A stretch of DNA of 64,000 nucleotides from Eledone cirrhosa. Taxonomy: Eukaryota. The notes under the pieces are model-generated. The model saw nothing but the letters and a program-made list of their open reading frames with translations. It did not search any database and had not been told where the DNA came from. This document shows positions 59,046-64,000 of the stretch, piece after piece (positions within the stretch are counted from its first letter, which is position 1; each line of letters starts with the position of its first letter). The DNA lies in NCBI GenBank assembly GCA_964016885.1, contig OZ024746.1, positions 56,730,001 through 56,794,000 on the forward strand. The letters run 5' to 3'. The position numbers and the translations under genes are program-made.

Positions 59046-59813
59046 GACGTGCCCTAATCTGCCACTCACGACATGTGTTTCGAGGACGATTGATCAACGA
59101 TTGATCAAGCTGCTAGCACACCAGAACCTCGAGGTGGAAACATTTACATGAAAGTGGCTCAGTATTTCACTGAGACGCGCACTCTAAATGATGACTTCGG
59201 GGAGAGTTCCATTTCTCATAGCACCTGACAAGGCTGGGCTTTTGAGATACAGTTACAGACATTTTTCTCTATCAACTTGGTCCGGGCAACTTGAAATACT
59301 GTTTTGCTCAAAGTCAGAATACCCCTCGGGAAATTGAACTCAGTACCTGGCAATAATGAGCCGCATACGCTAACAACGAAGTCAAACGCATTTACTTTGT
59401 ACAATGTAGAACTAGAAACGTGAAATATGAATCAGAAATATATGGCATTTTCAATCGCTTTTGCTCATACTAAATCACATGAATGCTAGATCAGCATTTG
59501 CAAACTGGTAATACAACAACAACAATTACAACAACAAATTGAGGCTGACGACGACAACGGCAAGATAAAATCAACAATGGACGACGAAGACGAAGATGAG
59601 GACAACAGCAAATATACTTGAGAATATGTGACATCTATTAGAGACAATAATTGAATAGAAATGTAGATCAATAATGAAGAAGAAAAGAAAGGGAACATTT
59701 CAGATGTTCATCGAAATCTTTAAAAATCTATAATTTAATTGCTGGCCAATACTGCTTAATATTATATATATCCAAACATGGCATGTAACACACATACAAA
59801 CACGCGCAAGACG

Positions 59814-59850
<37 letters not shown>

Positions 59851-59882
59851 GAGTGTATGTATATAGCACACCTGCATACACT

Positions 59883-59924
<42 letters not shown>

Positions 59925-59976
59925 CACATACATACATACATACATACATGCATACATACATACATACATACATACA

Positions 59977-60016
<40 letters not shown>

Positions 60017-60453
60017 CGTGTGTGTACTAGATTTATATGTTCAGTAAGTGCACCTGTCAAATATGGACGACATTCATTTTACATTTCTTTTAGCGGTATT
60101 ACATTTGTTTAATGTCTAACTTCATTCGATGCGACATCACTAATGAAATTACAACTATGACATACCATGAAAACATAATTTTACAGACAACAAAAATAAA
60201 ATTACTTTTCTTTTTCTCTTGTCTGCCAGTCAACTGATGTGTCGTCTGCTTTTAGCAATTGATCACGTGATAATGTAACGTATGTTATGTGTATCACTCT
60301 GTTTTCCTTACTCATCCCTATCTCTCTATTTCTCTCTCCGATATTTTGTGTTTATCTCGTGTATGCTTACATGCATACATTCACACACACAGGCATATAC
60401 ATACATACACACACACACATACACACACACAGACACACACACACACACTCGCG

Positions 60454-60493
<40 letters not shown>

Positions 60494-61604
60494 CATGCGT
60501 GCATACACACAAACAATTTTAAATATATATACATATACTTCCGATTTTGCAGTCACGTGAAGAGCTCGGTATGTAACGCACAATATATATCTGCGGACAT
60601 TATTTTAATGAAGCAGCTTAACCATTTTATGACGGATTGTGGTTTGCCTAGACTTAAACATTTTCAGTCCATGGTCATCTCAGTCCAACACATTTTGTGA
60701 TAGACATTAACAATGAACATGTCAACGAATGTTATCCCCGCTTTTTCTGAAATGGGAAAATATTTTGTGTTGAAAATGCTTCGCAACTTTCACAGGGCAT
60801 TTGAAGAGAACTTTACCACTGTCTTTATATTTCCATTCTGCAAATAAAACGTTCTCCATCGTTAATTGCATCTTTATTATGTTTCTATTGAAGAGCGTAT
60901 TTGTAATACGCCCTTCAATAGAAATACTTTTTTAATAACTTAATATCATGTACTATGATATAATAAGATATAGAAATGATTGCCCATAGATGTCTTTGGC
61001 AGCTGTTCAAGCAATGAGTTTTATTATTTTTCTATGAATTCAAATATACCTGCCCTTCGTCTCGATTAGAGACAGCAATCTTTATTCCGTTAACGTTATC
61101 ATTCCTACGATTAACTTTCTATTTAGGACAGACACCACATTTTGAAATCCACTATCCCGATGTTTTGTTCGTCTTTCTATATGTTCTCTTTATTTTATCA
61201 CAGACAATTCATACCGACAGAGAGATTTATTTTTCTATTGCACGAAATTCAATCGTGCGAAACCATTTTGCGAGTTTGAGAGTTGATGAAGGTGAAGATA
61301 TGTGCGTCGCCAATCCTTTTTTTTCCCCAGTCATTTCTATGTGCCAACACACTACCCATTGTCCTCCTCAACCCTCAATATTTTCTATGCTTTATTAACC
61401 TGTGGCCCAGATAATGGATTGTCTTTCTGCCGGACACTGGCCACTTTATCTCTGTCATCTGAGGCATTTTACCCAACACTGCCACTGGGTGTTTTAACAC
61501 CTCTTCTAGCGACGAAGTTTTTTCAATTTTTTATGAATGTATATAAAATACATACATACATACATAATTGCATACATACATACATACATACATACATACA
61601 ATAC

Positions 61605-61700
<96 letters not shown>

Positions 61701-62168
61701 ATATATGAGGATTTAGAAATCTCTACTTAAATTGAGAGAGGGTTTTGTATTCATTCTTTTTTATGCCCACTGTGAAATATTAGAATACGTGGTTACTTTA
61801 CGTCAAGCTGTTTAGGGGTTGAGACGCAAAGCACAGTATCAGTTTGATTTTGAAAAGCCATTACTTCCGCCCACGTCATATATCAGACGTCATTCTCATT
61901 GCAAAAACAATAAATCTTTAAAAGGAAAGTACAATATTCAAATTAAACACGTTACCACACACACACCCACGAATGTAAACATGTTTACGTATTTATATAT
62001 ACATTAATATATACGAGTGTGTGTGTGCCGTGCCTATCTGCCGTACATATACGCATGTGTCTGTCGTTATGCGGGTATATAACATTTGATAGGTATATAA
62101 AAACGTAAGCCCCCACTCAAAATATACATCCACACCCACATAAATATTTACATATATACATGTATATA

Positions 62169-62235
<67 letters not shown>

Positions 62236-62420
62236 ATGTGTGTATGTATATATTTATGTATGGGTGTATGTATATGTTGTGTGTGCCTGAGAGAAAGTGT
62301 GAGAATGGATGTGAGTATATATATATATATTTATGTATATATGTATGTATATATATATATATATACATACTTGTATATATACACACACACATATATATAT
62401 ATATATACATACGTATATAT

Positions 62421-62451
<31 letters not shown>

Positions 62452-62606
62452 CATATATATGTACATACATATAATATATACATATACCTACATATATACA
62501 CATATATACATACATATAATACTTATATACATACATATAATATATATATACATACTTTATATACATATATATACATACATATATATACATATATATATAT
62601 ATATAT

Positions 62607-62653
<47 letters not shown>

Positions 62654-63000
62654 TACATACGTACATACATACGTATATACATATATGTCTGTAGGCGTTC
62701 GCGTGTAATAAGTTTTAGTGGTATTTACATATTACGTATTTCGTGACACATACGTCGTTTTCATCATGGTTATCTTCAGTCAATTCATGAAAAAAGCGGA
62801 TTGTTTTCTGTGTAGGAGATAATACGATCAAACTTTTAATTCAATACTATTTCGCACTTAATTTTCACCCACCTATTTCATAAGCTTCTTCGTAAATGAC
62901 GTTTACATTCTACGTATATTCATATTTTCCCATCTCTCCATTTCCCTTGCTCTAATTCCTTTATATTCCGACCCGAACACGCACATCATTATATCTATCT

Positions 63001-63047
<47 letters not shown>

Positions 63048-63093
63048 CCTTCTCTCTGCACGTCTCTCTCTCACTCACTCTCTCTCTCTCTCC

Positions 63094-63129
<36 letters not shown>

Positions 63130-63241
63130 GCATATGGATACAGAACAACGGTGAGAACGTGGGAGAGAGCGAGAGAATAAGGGAGAATTATGTCTCTATA
63201 AACATATATAGATGTATATATATACACACAAACCCATATAT

Positions 63242-63339
<98 letters not shown>

Positions 63340-63668
63340 ATGTACCTATTTATATGCAGTTGTGTGTGTGCATTACTAACTTATCGAAATATAGCACACA
63401 CGCACATACACAATTCATATGTAGTTTATGAGGCAAAATAAAGCAAAACATATGGCTCGTACCTAGGTACCGTGCAAAGTAGTGGAAGGCAGATCCCCTG
63501 GGTTTCGAAACAAACTTAGTAACTACAACCCTACAACTGCATTTGTTTTAAATTTCTGTACTGAGATGCCGTTGATCCGACGTTATAAACTCCCGTAAAG
63601 TTCCGTTGGATTCTATCGGATACACATGCGTATATAGTTGTAAATACATATACCTGCGCAGACGTGCG

Positions 63669-63751
<83 letters not shown>

Positions 63752-63797
63752 ATGTGTCTACGAGTGCGTGCACATGAATATATATATATTGAATATA

Positions 63798-63964
<167 letters not shown>

Positions 63965-64000
63965 ATATGTATATATATATATATATATATACATGTATAT

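Noticed and set aside
59216-59410. Short minus-strand ORF after an AG
   Set aside because: No recognisable homology or supporting neighbouring exons.

Overview
Eukaryotic, AT-rich, microsatellite-saturated DNA. The SINE families and the (TA)n/(CA)n density suggest an octopus or other cephalopod genome (inference). There is no complete host gene, only one candidate internal exon, and most of the ORF track is microsatellite artefact. Real content: (i) four decayed Penelope-like retroelements (PLEs; GIY-YIG in all four, RT motifs in two) of different lineages between 37 and 53.5 kb; (ii) tRNA-derived SINEs, RTE-derived non-autonomous elements, a ~34-bp minisatellite and a ~6.4-kb trinucleotide tract; (iii) the main finding, about 15 intact or decayed minimal type I hammerhead ribozyme (HHR) motifs in at least 7 sequence families. 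Most HHRs lie in short non-coding fold-back elements (short arm, loop, long arm plus unpaired tail) beside (TA)n/(CA)n tracts. In one family the symmetry axis falls in hammerhead stem II in four diverged copies, replacing the CUGANGA strand with a mirror image. Arms match within a copy better than between copies, which suggests the hairpins are made de novo at insertion. All folds were read by eye; no searches or folding programs were run.
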